From: a virus
Lineage: Duplodnaviria; Caudoviricetes
IMG/VR virus record: IMGVR_UViG_3300006790_001053
Span: 1-55,045 of that record
Length of the DNA: 55,045 nt
Direction: 5' to 3' (one strand)
Within the stretch, counting starts at the first letter, position 1; each line of letters starts with the position of its first letter. Positions 1-9,602 of the stretch are shown here, piece by piece. Under the pieces are notes generated by a model. The model saw only the letters and a list, made by a program, of their open reading frames with translations. It did not search any database and was not told where the DNA came from. The position numbers and the translations under genes are program-made.

Positions 1-3000
1 GTAACTAAGTTTAGTGTGTTCGCAGTTAATCCTAACAATCTAGTAGTACCATTAACATCTAAAGTATATTGTGGTGTTGTGGTGTTAACACCAAAATTAT
101 TGATGTTTGTAAAATAAGCGTCTGGTGTTCCAGTGTCTGCTTTAATTTCAAACTTCTTTGTGTAAACATTAAGATTATCTGCAGTATACATTTGTATACC
201 GTCATTAGCGTCATTAGGTCCTGGACCACCGTATAGTTTTAAAGGCCAATTACCACTTGATTGAATATCATGAATATCTCTTATATTACCACCCCCAAAG
301 TCCATAACCGCACCAGTACCACCGTAACCACCATTAAAAAGAAATATATCACCTGTAGTTGTATTTAAATTAAGTCCTGGATAACTTCCACTAGGATAAC
401 TACCTATCCCACCAGTGGAACCTATCATCATATTCGCACCTGTAGTACCTACTTGTATGTTTGGTGTACTATAGTTAAAGTTGTTTCCTCTTTGGTTTAT
501 TTCTAACTCTTGACCACTAGTAGAGTTTATTGTAACAAAACCATCACCTACACCATTGTTAACAGTAAATCCTGTCATAATGTTAATAGATGAATTAAAT
601 GATGTACCATCATTGTTACTTATCGTAAATGTGTTAGCGTCATTGTATGTAAACCCTGTTACAAATGTGTTGGTATCAGGAGTGATTCCACTTACTGGTC
701 TATATTCTACTTCACCTGTACTACTATTTCTTACTAGTATATCAGTTGCGGAATTATTAAGGGTTGGTGTGGTTGTTAAGAAAGCGGTTTGTGCGGATAG
801 TACACCATCTATAATAGTATCACTATCTATATATGTATCATATCCAGCATTACCAACAAATACTCTATCTTGATTGTCTACACCTATTAAAGATACGTTT
901 ACATCTGCAACCGTTCTACCTTGTAAGAAATAAGAATTATCTCTTATATTGATATGTCCGTTAAATACATCTATTGCTGAGTTTGATGTAATACTAGTGG
1001 CTGTTAATGTATTAAGTGTTGTATCGTCTGTAACATTTAAGTCACCATTAATGGTTAAACCACTCATTTGGTTAATAGTAGAACTAAGTGAACCACCATT
1101 ATCATCAGTTATTGTAAATGTATTATTATCGTTATATGTAAATCCTGTAGTAGTAATACCTACTTCTGTTCTGATAACTTCTTGTGGTGTATCATTACCA
1201 TTACCAACCCATAAGTAATCCTTTGTTAAATTTGGTAAACCAGCGGTTCTAGCAGTGTTAAATATAAATAACTGACCATCTATAGTACCAATCTTTAATA
1301 CCTTAGCAATTCTTTGTATTTGTGTATTCGTTCCTGACGGTCTAAACTTAGTTAATCCACCATCAGTTTTTGCCATATAAAGAACATCATTAACTTCCCA
1401 TGTTTCACCAAATGGGTTAACAACTGTTGTAGCACTTGAGGTATCTAATCCAGATATTTTACCAAAAGTAACAATTGGGTAAACTCCAGCGTTGTCAAAA
1501 TCTTCTGCGGTAAAACCAATCACAGGCATTGTGGTTGCGGTTGTTGCGTTTGCTAATTCTACCTCATGAATATCATCATCAAAACCAACAATATAAACTG
1601 GACAACCTTTATCTATTGTACCCGCACTTCCTTTCTTACCCCATATTGTAACCTCACCTAAATTACCATATTCTTCACCAGAAACCCATTGGTTAGTTAC
1701 AGCGTCAAAGTATAATAATTCACCTTGATATGTATTATCTGGTGTTGCTGGTATATTAATTGTCACATCATCTAAATCATTTAAAGTTAATCCTGTAAAA
1801 GTTGTTGCGGAAAGAGTATCAACTACTAACGTACCATTAATAGTTAATCCTGTCATTGTATTAATAGATGTACTTAAATCAACACCGTCATTTCTTTCTA
1901 TTGTTAATGTATTAGCGTTATTGTAAGTGAATCCTGTAACAAAAGTATTATTATCAGCTGGTATTGTTACATCTATTTTAATTTGATTTGTAGATGGATT
2001 ACTTAAACTAACATTTGTACCTCCAGTTAAGAATAATACATCTGTACCATCGTTTCTAGTAACAGTTGCTTGATTAGAACTAAATGTTGTTCCCGTAACA
2101 AAAGTATCGTTATCTGTAATACCAGTTAAACCACTACCATCACCAACAAAGGTACCATTAAATGTACCACCATTAAATGTTGTAGCTGAAATCGTACCCG
2201 ATGTTGCTATATCAAAAGTGACTGCACTCAATACAGAAGCTAAATCAATACTATCTACCGAGGCATCAAAAGTAGAACCATCATTTTGTGATATTGTAAA
2301 TGTGTTAGAACTAAAACTAAAATCATTTACAAATGTATCTGTGAGTCCTGTAATATTGAAAGGTGTAAATCCATCGTTACCTGTGATTTGTATAATAACC
2401 TCACTACTACCACTTGATGGTGATTGTGTTACTGTTCCTCCTGTACTAAAAGTGTCATTAACATTAATACTACTTAAATCCAATGTATAGTTAGTACCAT
2501 CGTTTTTTGTAAAAGTAACTGAAGCATTTACATTATCGTAAGTCGCTCCTGTTGTAAAGGTATCCTCAAAAGGTAAAGTTCTAGGTATACCATCAGAATT
2601 TTTATAAAATAAACCTATGGTTCCAGAATTATCTGAATCTGTAGCTGAAACAGAAACGGTACCTCCAGTTACATATGTGTCTAAGTCAGTGGTAAACCCT
2701 GTGATAATTACAATACCATTTTGTCTTTCTAATGTAAGTGTTCCACTATTTAAAGTACCACCAGTCACATAATTATCATCAGTAGAAATACCAGTTAAAT
2801 TAGAACCATCACCAAAATAAGTTGTAGCAGATACAGAACCATTAACAGTTAAGCCTGTCATTGTATTAATTGAAACTGATAAATTTACACCATCATTTCT
2901 AGATATTGTAAACCTATTTGAATCATTGTAAGTAAATCCTGTAACAAAAGTATCATTAACGTCTATTGTCGATAAATCTAAAGTATATGAATTACCATCA

Positions 3001-4211
3001 TTTCTGTTAAACGTTGCTAACGCTGTTTCATTATCGTAAGTCGCTCCAGTTGTAAATGTATCAGTAACACCTGTAATATTAACAAAACTACCATCTTGTC
3101 TTAAAAGAGATATAATATCTGTAGAATCACTATAACTACCCGCAACAACAAAATTGTCGGTGACACCTGTAATGTCTATTGTAACCGCATCATTTCTACT
3201 TAATGTTATTGTGTCCGTAGTAGGGTTATATGTTCCCCCTGTAACATATGTGTTCATCGAAGGTGGTAAAGATACATCTATCTTAACTAAATCACCTACG
3301 GTAGAAACGGTTGTGTTTGAACCACCAGAAATAGTTCTGAAGTTTAATGTAGTTCCACTTTTATCTTTGAAAAGTTCATTAGCTCCACCCACATTATTAG
3401 CAGAGTCTATTTTACCATCTAATATTGTCTGAGTATTAGCAGTATATGTATTAAATGTTGTAACATTAGTTTTACCACTCAATAGGGGTAATAAATCTAC
3501 ATTATAAAAATTAATTCCTTGAATGTTGTTATCGAACCTTAACTCTGTACCACTTAGATAGGCATCGGTAGTGTAAGAGTCTGTCATTCCTGTGGTAAAC
3601 CCACTAACCTCAAAAGTACCTCCACTAGTATTAGTATAAGTTACTATTCCAGTACTAGGATTGTAGACACCACTAACAACATAGACATCTGTAGCTAAAG
3701 AAGCTAAATTAGTTACTAAATCTGGTTGTCCTTCGTTTTGTTTTATTGTTAAATCATATGTTGAGGTATTGAATGTAAATCCTGTAACAAATGTGTCTTG
3801 TGATGTCGCACCAGTTATGATAGAAATAACATCTCTATATTTAACTTTTCCTGTAACACTATCACGAGCTAATATCTGTGTTAGTGTATCGTCTCTTTCT
3901 ATAGTGGTAATAGTTTCACCACTTAAAAATATCATTTCATCATGTACCGTTATTGGAGAACAACCAAAAATGTTAGACGTATGTATTCCTGTACAAGCAG
4001 ATATAATACCATTAAAGAAAACTTCACCAGAATTATAAAATGTGTTACCATTAAGGTCTACACTATCATCACAACCAGATATGGTCTCAACGAAAGTTGT
4101 TCCAGAACAAACATAGAAATCTCCTGTAGCACCCGTAACAGAACCACCTCCACCACTAGGTTCAACAACAAAATACTTTACAACATCTGGTCCACAATTT
4201 TTATTACTCAT
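1..4211 (-). CDS. Large Thr/Gly-rich tail fibre/adhesin-like protein, 3'-truncated by the window edge (at least 1403 aa)
   Basis: Not in the ORF track because no stop is reached. ATG at 4211 overlaps the TGA of the gp15-like gene (TGATG). Manual translation MSNKNCGPDVVKYFVVEP...GLTANTLNLV stays open to position 3. Many DTFVTGFTY/DTFTTGATYD-type repeats, GDGSNLTGI/GDGSGLTGI motifs and a GTIDKGCPVYIVG...MPVIG beta-clip-like module. Confidence 0.85.
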   Translation of the reverse strand, partial: MSNKNCGPDVVKYFVVEPSGGGGSVTGATGDFYVCSGTTFVETISGCDDSVDLNGNTFYNSGEVFFNGIISACTGIHTSNIFGCSPITVHDEMIFLSGETITTIERDDTLTQILARDSVTGKVKYRDVISIITGATSQDTFVTGFTFNTSTYDLTIKQNEGQPDLVTNLASLATDVYVVSGVYNPSTGIVTYTNTSGGTFEVSGFTTGMTDSYTTDAYLSGTELRFDNNIQGINFYNVDLLPLLSGKTNVTTFNTYTANTQTILDGKIDSANNVGGANELFKDKSGTTLNFRTISGGSNTTVSTVGDLVKIDVSLPPSMNTYVTGGTYNPTTDTITLSRNDAVTIDITGVTDNFVVAGSYSDSTDIISLLRQDGSFVNITGVTDTFTTGATYDNETALATFNRNDGNSYTLDLSTIDVNDTFVTGFTYNDSNRFTISRNDGVNLSVSINTMTGLTVNGSVSATTYFGDGSNLTGISTDDNYVTGGTLNSGTLTLERQNGIVIITGFTTDLDTYVTGGTVSVSATDSDNSGTIGLFYKNSDGIPRTLPFEDTFTTGATYDNVNASVTFTKNDGTNYTLDLSSINVNDTFSTGGTVTQSPSSGSSEVIIQITGNDGFTPFNITGLTDTFVNDFSFSSNTFTISQNDGSTFDASVDSIDLASVLSAVTFDIATSGTISATTFNGGTFNGTFVGDGSGLTGITDNDTFVTGTTFSSNQATVTRNDGTDVLFLTGGTNVSLSNPSTNQIKIDVTIPADNNTFVTGFTYNNANTLTIERNDGVDLSTSINTMTGLTINGTLVVDTLSATTFTGLTLNDLDDVTINIPATPDNTYQGELLYFDAVTNQWVSGEEYGNLGEVTIWGKKGSAGTIDKGCPVYIVGFDDDIHEVELANATTATTMPVIGFTAEDFDNAGVYPIVTFGKISGLDTSSATTVVNPFGETWEVNDVLYMAKTDGGLTKFRPSGTNTQIQRIAKVLKIGTIDGQLFIFNTARTAGLPNLTKDYLWVGNGNDTPQEVIRTEVGITTTGFTYNDNNTFTITDDNGGSLSSTINQMSGLTINGDLNVTDDTTLNTLTATSITSNSAIDVFNGHINIRDNSYFLQGRTVADVNVSLIGVDNQDRVFVGNAGYDTYIDSDTIIDGVLSAQTAFLTTTPTLNNSATDILVRNSSTGEVEYRPVSGITPDTNTFVTGFTYNDANTFTISNNDGTSFNSSINIMTGFTVNNGVGDGFVTINSTSGQELEINQRGNNFNYSTPNIQVGTTGANMMIGSTGGIGSYPSGSYPGLNLNTTTGDIFLFNGGYGGTGAVMDFGGGNIRDIHDIQSSGNWPLKLYGGPGPNDANDGIQMYTADNLNVYTKKFEIKADTGTPDAYFTNINNFGVNTTTPQYTLDVNGTTRLLGLTANTLNLV

Positions 4212-5251
4212 CAGACTATCATTAAACCGTTTAATACAATCTCCGCCGTTTTATTTGAATCGGTTTTGACTATTGTTATTTCTATTGTATCATCGGACTC
4301 AACACCGAAAGGTATCGATACTACCGATCCATTCTTATAAATAGTGTAAGCATCTATGTTATTTGTATCTATTGTTGTAAAATTAGTTTTATTATCTGTA
4401 TTGAATCTTATACTAGTTGGTGCACCAGGTAAAAATTGTATCACACACTTCAAACTTTTATCATCTGAAGTATCATCTTTAATAAATCTAGTGATGTTTC
4501 TAGGTTTTTTACTATCTAATTCAGTTGTTACAAAGACTCTACTAATAGCTGGTTTAACCTCAAACTCTTCAGTATCTACTAGATAACCCATTAATTTCAT
4601 CTCATAACTTTGAACGTAGTATCTTTTACCATTCAAATCATCTATTTGACTTTCATCACCAATAGCCTCTAACATTATTGGGAAATAGTGTCCTTTGATA
4701 TTAACATATGCTTGAGCTGAAGCAAATGTTTGTAGTATTTTTTTAGTTAGTTGGTTTAGTTCTCTCATCCTAAAAGTGAAAAACCTAACAGTATAATACA
4801 TATCGATACCAACTGGATTAGGTATCCCATATATATCAGCTCCTTTTCTATTACCATCCCAAACTGGTATTTGCATATAAGGAAACTCTTTTCTTACAGG
4901 TATTTTGAAATCTGCTGGATTTGTACCCATTTCTGGATTAGGTCTCCTAACTATAGATACAAAAGGTATTTTTATATTTTTATACTTGTCACTAGTTTTC
5001 CATGTTTTAGCAAATTCATTCCATCTTTGTAATGTCAAAAAATGTACAGGTATTTTATTACCTTCTATTGTAATCTCTAAATCATCGTTAACAAACTCAA
5101 CAAACCCTTTATCCAAATCATCAATAGCTACCTCTCTAGGCAGAAACTGTTTGTTTTGGTCTAAAAATTGGTCAGTCCAATTCTTTGGTCCATCATAAGG
5201 GTCTGTAACCTTTATATCTATATCTTTTTTTCTTTTTTTAGGTAAAGACAT
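4211..5251 (-). CDS. Tail terminator / sheath stabiliser, T4 gp15-like
   Basis: IKIPFVSIVR and IPNPVGIDMYYTVRFFTFRMRELNQLTKKILQTF resemble the gp15 core; directly follows a gp14-like gene. Confidence 0.65.
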   Translation of the reverse strand: MSLPKKRKKDIDIKVTDPYDGPKNWTDQFLDQNKQFLPREVAIDDLDKGFVEFVNDDLEITIEGNKIPVHFLTLQRWNEFAKTWKTSDKYKNIKIPFVSIVRRPNPEMGTNPADFKIPVRKEFPYMQIPVWDGNRKGADIYGIPNPVGIDMYYTVRFFTFRMRELNQLTKKILQTFASAQAYVNIKGHYFPIMLEAIGDESQIDDLNGKRYYVQSYEMKLMGYLVDTEEFEVKPAISRVFVTTELDSKKPRNITRFIKDDTSDDKSLKCVIQFLPGAPTSIRFNTDNKTNFTTIDTNNIDAYTIYKNGSVVSIPFGVESDDTIEITIVKTDSNKTAEIVLNGLMIV

Positions 5252-5769
5252 TAATAGTTTGGATTAAATTCATTTTCATCAGCTGTAGTACACACAACGG
5301 TTCTATAATAACCTTTGTACCCAAGCCTAGTATGTTGGTTATCAGAAAATATCTTACCGTCATCCACAACGGTGAAGTATTTAATATTATCTTCTCTATC
5401 TGAGTATCCTATGTAATCACCATAAGTGATATCCACTTTTAATTCCTCTAAATGGTCAACAAAAACAGTGAAGGTAAAGTTACCATACTCTTCTATTCTA
5501 CCATATCCTTCTGAGTAAGCTTTAGATTCGGACTGTTCTAGTTGAGGTCTGACTTTTATTTCTACTGGTGGATGGAATCTAATCTCTTGTGTACTAGACT
5601 CACCATAGACATCATCTGTTTGACTTTTAATCCTATCAACTCTAAATAATACCACAGTAAAATTTAAATCACCCTCAACAAATTCACGAGCCATTTCATT
5701 CTCTAAATTAAAATCCATATAATCGTAGAATCTATGTAATCTTGAAATTGGGAATTTCTTTTTACTCAT
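5251..5769 (-). CDS. Neck / head-completion protein, T4 gp14-like
   Basis: DDVYGESSTQEIRFHPPVEIKV resembles the gp14 D-x-x-[FY]-G-E segment. Start moved to ATG 5769 (MSKKKFP) because the late motif at 5784-5793 lies inside the longer ORF call. Confidence 0.6.
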   Translation of the reverse strand: MSKKKFPISRLHRFYDYMDFNLENEMAREFVEGDLNFTVVLFRVDRIKSQTDDVYGESSTQEIRFHPPVEIKVRPQLEQSESKAYSEGYGRIEEYGNFTFTVFVDHLEELKVDITYGDYIGYSDREDNIKYFTVVDDGKIFSDNQHTRLGYKGYYRTVVCTTADENEFNPNY

Positions 5770-5783
5770 AAATAAATTTTTTA

Positions 5784-5793
5784 TATAAATATC
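5784..5793 (-). promoter_or_regulatory. Putative late promoter GATATTTATA
   Basis: Recurrent motif, 14 nt upstream of ATG 5769. Confidence 0.6.
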
Positions 5794-5811
5794 ATCCAAA
5801 CACCTATTTCA

Positions 5812-5840
5812 TTTATTTTTATTTCATTTTCTATTATATT
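5812..5840 (+). promoter_or_regulatory. Putative early/middle promoter TTTATT-N17-TATATT
   Basis: Same architecture at 29444 and 34874; shares TTCTATTATATTT with the 34874 site. Confidence 0.45.
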
Positions 5841-5849
5841 TAAGTAGTT

Positions 5850-7676
5850 ATGTTAGATGCTAATAAACTAAAAAACAGAACTACCTTATTAAAATTAGAA
5901 AAATATGAAGGTAGTAATGAATATCTACTGTCTCTAAAAGAAAAATTAGAAGAGGAGGGTTCATTTGTTATATCACCATCTTTGGCGGAATATATTGAAA
6001 AGAATTTTAACAAAGACCCCAAAGAAGTTAACAAAGTAGTTAGTATCACAGATTTTTTCGGTGAACAACTGAAAGAAAAGTTTGATTTAAATCACATACC
6101 AGAAAAAATATTAGTAGAAACCGTTTTAGGTGATACTGAAAAAAGCTACCATGTTAAAGGTAAAGTTTTTAAAAATCAAAAATACTCACCAATATTCTAT
6201 GTCCCAAAGACACAAGTATTTGAAAATCTATGGGAAAAGAATATAGAGGTTAATGTAGATTTCGATAAATACCAAGAAAAAGATAGGAGAGGATGGAGAG
6301 CCTTTAAACACCAAGAAGAAGGTATTAAATTCCTATTAAGTAAAGATAAATGTATATTGGGGGATGATATGGGTCTAGGTAAGACTTATCAATCCATAGT
6401 TTCAGCTTTAGAATTAAACGCTCAAAAAATATTGATTGTTTGTCCAGCTAACGCTAAAATAAACTGGTTTAGGGAAATATCTAATTTTGTTCCAGAAGAA
6501 GACATATCTATTTTAAAGACTGGTCATTGGAATCCTAAAAGATTTACCATTATAAATTATGATATACTTAAAAACTTTCACACATTAGTAGATGGTAGAA
6601 AAAAATATCAGGAGTGGGAAATAAATAGACACTTAGTTGATGAGGGGTTTGATTTGGTTATTATGGATGAAGCACATATGGTCAAAAACCCAAAAGCTAA
6701 TAGAACTAAAATAATGAATCAAGTAACCAATAAGATAGAAAAAAGATGGTTACTAACTGGTACCCCTATAGCTAATAGACCAATGGACTTTTTTAATCTA
6801 CTTAGTTTATGTGAATCACCCGTTACCTCTAGTTGGAAATACTACGCTTTTAGATACTGTGATGGGAAGAAGTTCAGAAAAAAAACCAAAGCGGGTAGTA
6901 TGAGAGATATATGGGTTACAGATGGTGCTTCTAATCTAGAAGAACTACACGAAAGAACTAAAAGTTTAATATTAAGAAGAAAGAAAGAGGACCACTTAGA
7001 TTTACCACCCAAAATAGTTGCTCCATATTATGTAGAGATAGACGACATGAACCAATACTCTAGAGTTTTCGATGAGTATTTAGAATGGGCTAAATCTGAA
7101 GGTAAGAGGTTAGGTACTGGTAGACACATGGTAGAATTGGTAGTTTTAAGAAAGTATTTAGCTTTGGAGAAAACAAAACAAACTATAGAATTAGCAGAAC
7201 AGGCAATAGAGAATGGTCAAAAGGTTATTATATTCACTAACTTCACACACTCTTTTGATGCACTCATGAATCATTTTGGTAGATTGGCAGTAGGTCACAA
7301 TGGTAAAATGAATTCTACAAGAAAACAAGACTCCATAGATAGATTTCAAGAAGATGATAGTGTTAGAGTTTTCGTGGGTAACTTAATATCTGCTGGAACA
7401 GCAATTACACTAACTAAAGCTGAAACGGTTATTATGAATGATTTAGATTTTGTACCAACCAATCACGCTCAAGCAGAAGACAGAGCTTTTAGGATAGGTC
7501 AGAATAAAACAGTTAATGTCTATTACCCAATAGCTGAAGGTACTATAGATGAAATGATGTTTAAGATTCTAGAAAAGAAAAGAAAGATTATTGATACTGT
7601 AGTGGGTGACGAACATGTTTCAATGAATATTGAAGATGATTTATTCGGTGAATTATTAGATGGTTATTTTGATTAA
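5850..7676 (+). CDS. SNF2-family (SMARCAL1/HARP-like) helicase/ATPase
   Basis: GDDMGLGKT, DEAH, LLTGTP and QAEDRAFRIGQ motifs. Confidence 0.92.
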   Translation: MLDANKLKNRTTLLKLEKYEGSNEYLLSLKEKLEEEGSFVISPSLAEYIEKNFNKDPKEVNKVVSITDFFGEQLKEKFDLNHIPEKILVETVLGDTEKSYHVKGKVFKNQKYSPIFYVPKTQVFENLWEKNIEVNVDFDKYQEKDRRGWRAFKHQEEGIKFLLSKDKCILGDDMGLGKTYQSIVSALELNAQKILIVCPANAKINWFREISNFVPEEDISILKTGHWNPKRFTIINYDILKNFHTLVDGRKKYQEWEINRHLVDEGFDLVIMDEAHMVKNPKANRTKIMNQVTNKIEKRWLLTGTPIANRPMDFFNLLSLCESPVTSSWKYYAFRYCDGKKFRKKTKAGSMRDIWVTDGASNLEELHERTKSLILRRKKEDHLDLPPKIVAPYYVEIDDMNQYSRVFDEYLEWAKSEGKRLGTGRHMVELVVLRKYLALEKTKQTIELAEQAIENGQKVIIFTNFTHSFDALMNHFGRLAVGHNGKMNSTRKQDSIDRFQEDDSVRVFVGNLISAGTAITLTKAETVIMNDLDFVPTNHAQAEDRAFRIGQNKTVNVYYPIAEGTIDEMMFKILEKKRKIIDTVVGDEHVSMNIEDDLFGELLDGYFD

Positions 7677-8068
7677 CAGACTATTTTAGAATTAACAAAA
7701 CTATCCATAACATTTATAAACAACTCCTCGTAAATAGGTAAAATTAAAGAACATCCATCACTAAAAGTATCTATTTTAAACTCACCTTTATAAACACCAG
7801 CCGTATTTACCTCTCTCTTTTTAAATTTATAACCGAGATAATACTCTTGTTGTCCTGTTAAACAATTATCATTTTCGACTGGAATTATTAGAGCTGGTTG
7901 ATTGAAGACCTTATATCTACCAGTCTCTACATTTAACATTGAAAAAGTTATTGCAGCGTTCTCTAATTCTTCGAATATTTTTTTATAATCATTCCTACCA
8001 TCATTGATTACTTTCATTTGTAGAATAGGTAGTTGTGAGTTTTTTCTTATAAAGAAGTTTTGTGCCAT
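7673..8068 (-). CDS. BppU-like baseplate/virion Ig-fold protein
   Basis: FFIRKNSQLPILQM N-terminus and NTAGVYKGEFKI pattern; preceded by the late motif. Confidence 0.5.
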   Translation of the reverse strand: MAQNFFIRKNSQLPILQMKVINDGRNDYKKIFEELENAAITFSMLNVETGRYKVFNQPALIIPVENDNCLTGQQEYYLGYKFKKREVNTAGVYKGEFKIDTFSDGCSLILPIYEELFINVMDSFVNSKIVC

Positions 8069-8080
8069 CTTTTATTTTTA

Positions 8081-8090
8081 TATAAATATG
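8081..8090 (-). promoter_or_regulatory. Putative late promoter CATATTTATA
   Basis: 12 nt upstream of ATG 8068. Confidence 0.6.
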
Positions 8091-8099
8091 TTTTAAAAA

Positions 8100-8483
8100 T
8101 TAATTATCAAACTTATTAAAGAAGAAAGTAAAAGACAAACCAAAAATGACTCTAGCTATTATAACAAATAAAAGACACTCCATTTTAGTATTACAAGGTA
8201 TGAAAATAAAATATATACCAGCAAAGATAAAGAATGTTCTTAATAGTTTGAATAGATGCCAAGCGTCAGTAAACCCAACCAATAAACTTTTAGATAAGAA
8301 AAATTTTTCTCCAGCTAATGGGTCACCATTTTTATATTTATTACGCCAAGACTGTCTAGGGTCCCAAAATAACTGATTCTTAAAATCTTTAAAAATAGTA
8401 GAATCATAATGGAATTGTATTTTATCCATTACAGCTTCACAAATACCAGAAATTAAAAACAATAAAAATCCAATGTAAATCAT
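8100..8483 (-). CDS. Small membrane protein (about 3 hydrophobic segments)
   Basis: Hydrophobic N-terminus, FTDAWHLFK motif and two C-terminal hydrophobic stretches. Confidence 0.7.
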   Translation of the reverse strand: MIYIGFLLFLISGICEAVMDKIQFHYDSTIFKDFKNQLFWDPRQSWRNKYKNGDPLAGEKFFLSKSLLVGFTDAWHLFKLLRTFFIFAGIYFIFIPCNTKMECLLFVIIARVIFGLSFTFFFNKFDN

Positions 8484-8494
8484 ATCTTTTTATT

Positions 8495-8504
8495 TATAAA
8501 TATC
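8495..8504 (-). promoter_or_regulatory. Putative late promoter GATATTTATA
   Basis: 11 nt upstream of ATG 8483. Confidence 0.6.
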
Positions 8505-8514
8505 TTGTGGGGGG

Positions 8515-8877
8515 TTATAATTTAGGTTCCCAATCAAAAGGTTTACCATTTATACCCCTAAAAGCTTTCTTTTCGTATTCTTCCATTTCATCCCAAGTCT
8601 GTGGTTGTAATTTAAAATAAATCCAAGTCACAGGTATAAACACCCAACAAGAAATAAAAGGGAATGCCCAATTCTCATTACCTTTAGAGTATAAAATATA
8701 AGATGTTATAAATGCTATTAACACCATATAGGTTATTGGGTGTAGTTTAAACATGAAAAATTTTTTATTCTTTTCTGGATGTATGATAGGTCTATATAAG
8801 TTAAACAATACTCTTCTTATCTTTTTATATCCATTAGGATGTTTTACTAATAATCTTTTTATTCTTTCTTTTTTCAT
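8515..8877 (-). CDS. Hypothetical membrane protein
   Basis: Two hydrophobic segments (ITYMVLIAFITSYILY, WAFPFISCWVFIPVTWIYF); last gene of the minus-strand GT32 run. Confidence 0.65.
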   Translation of the reverse strand: MKKERIKRLLVKHPNGYKKIRRVLFNLYRPIIHPEKNKKFFMFKLHPITYMVLIAFITSYILYSKGNENWAFPFISCWVFIPVTWIYFKLQPQTWDEMEEYEKKAFRGINGKPFDWEPKL

Positions 8878-8887
8878 TTTTTTTTAT

Positions 8888-9586
8888 TTACAGTATATTA
8901 TTTTTTAAAAAATTAAAAATGTGTTCTGACTTTTTGAGGTGAAAATCACCAGAAGCACCACCATCAGAATATTTTCTATCTAAATAACCATCTACATCTA
9001 AATGTTCTTTATAAACATCAATAAAAATAAAATTATTTTGTAAACAGTTATTTTTAATTAATTCATTGAAGTATTGATAATATTTTTTTCTTTCCTCATC
9101 CGAACCAATACAAGATACGTGACCAGCAATATCTAAATATTTTTTCTGTGTCGGTGGTATAATATTGTATACACAAATTTTCTTCAAATTTTTATTTAAT
9201 TTATTTATTTCTCTTTTTATAGCGTAAAAATAATCGTCAACAATTGGTTTAATGACTTCTTTATAAGATTTTTCATCATTAACATATTTGTGTATGTGAG
9301 ACCTACAATCTATTTCACCAAAACTAAAAATTAAAATATCACCGTCACATATATCAAAATTACCAATGTCAAACCTATCAAAATCTTGTTTATTAAAAGT
9401 GTAACACAAAGTACCAGCGAAAGAATATGATTTTATAAACATATTATCTACCCATTGTTCATTCAAATCTAACCCAGTATTTCCATCATAAGTTTGTTTG
9501 TTTGTATTAGAGTGAAAATCAATCCAACCATGAAGAGCATGACTATCACCAACGGTTACAATTTTATTATTAATTACTTTTTTCAT
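8888..9586 (-). CDS. SGNH/GDSL hydrolase-like protein (possible sugar O-acyl esterase/transferase)
   Basis: VGDSH, FGEIDCR and GDFH motifs. Start moved to ATG 9586 (MKKVINN) to avoid a 128-nt overlap with the upstream gene. Confidence 0.6.
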   Translation of the reverse strand: MKKVINNKIVTVGDSHALHGWIDFHSNTNKQTYDGNTGLDLNEQWVDNMFIKSYSFAGTLCYTFNKQDFDRFDIGNFDICDGDILIFSFGEIDCRSHIHKYVNDEKSYKEVIKPIVDDYFYAIKREINKLNKNLKKICVYNIIPPTQKKYLDIAGHVSCIGSDEERKKYYQYFNELIKNNCLQNNFIFIDVYKEHLDVDGYLDRKYSDGGASGDFHLKKSEHIFNFLKNNIL

Positions 9587-9602
9587 TCTTTTTATTAAAG
9601 GG

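Noticed and set aside
600-3900. D-T-x motifs in the fibre as Bacteroidota host O-glycosylation sequons
   Set aside because: That system acts on exported proteins in the periplasm; this protein has no signal peptide, and the D-T is better explained as part of the structural repeat.
556-5198. Nine + strand ORFs of 76-132 aa in the ORF track
   Set aside because: Antisense shadows of the fibre and gp15-like genes; Val/Ser/Pro-rich, with no motifs or plausible starts.
8100-8877. Holin/antiholin call for the two small membrane proteins
   Set aside because: Size and late motif are compatible, but there is no endolysin nearby and no recognisable holin family motif, so they are left as membrane proteins.
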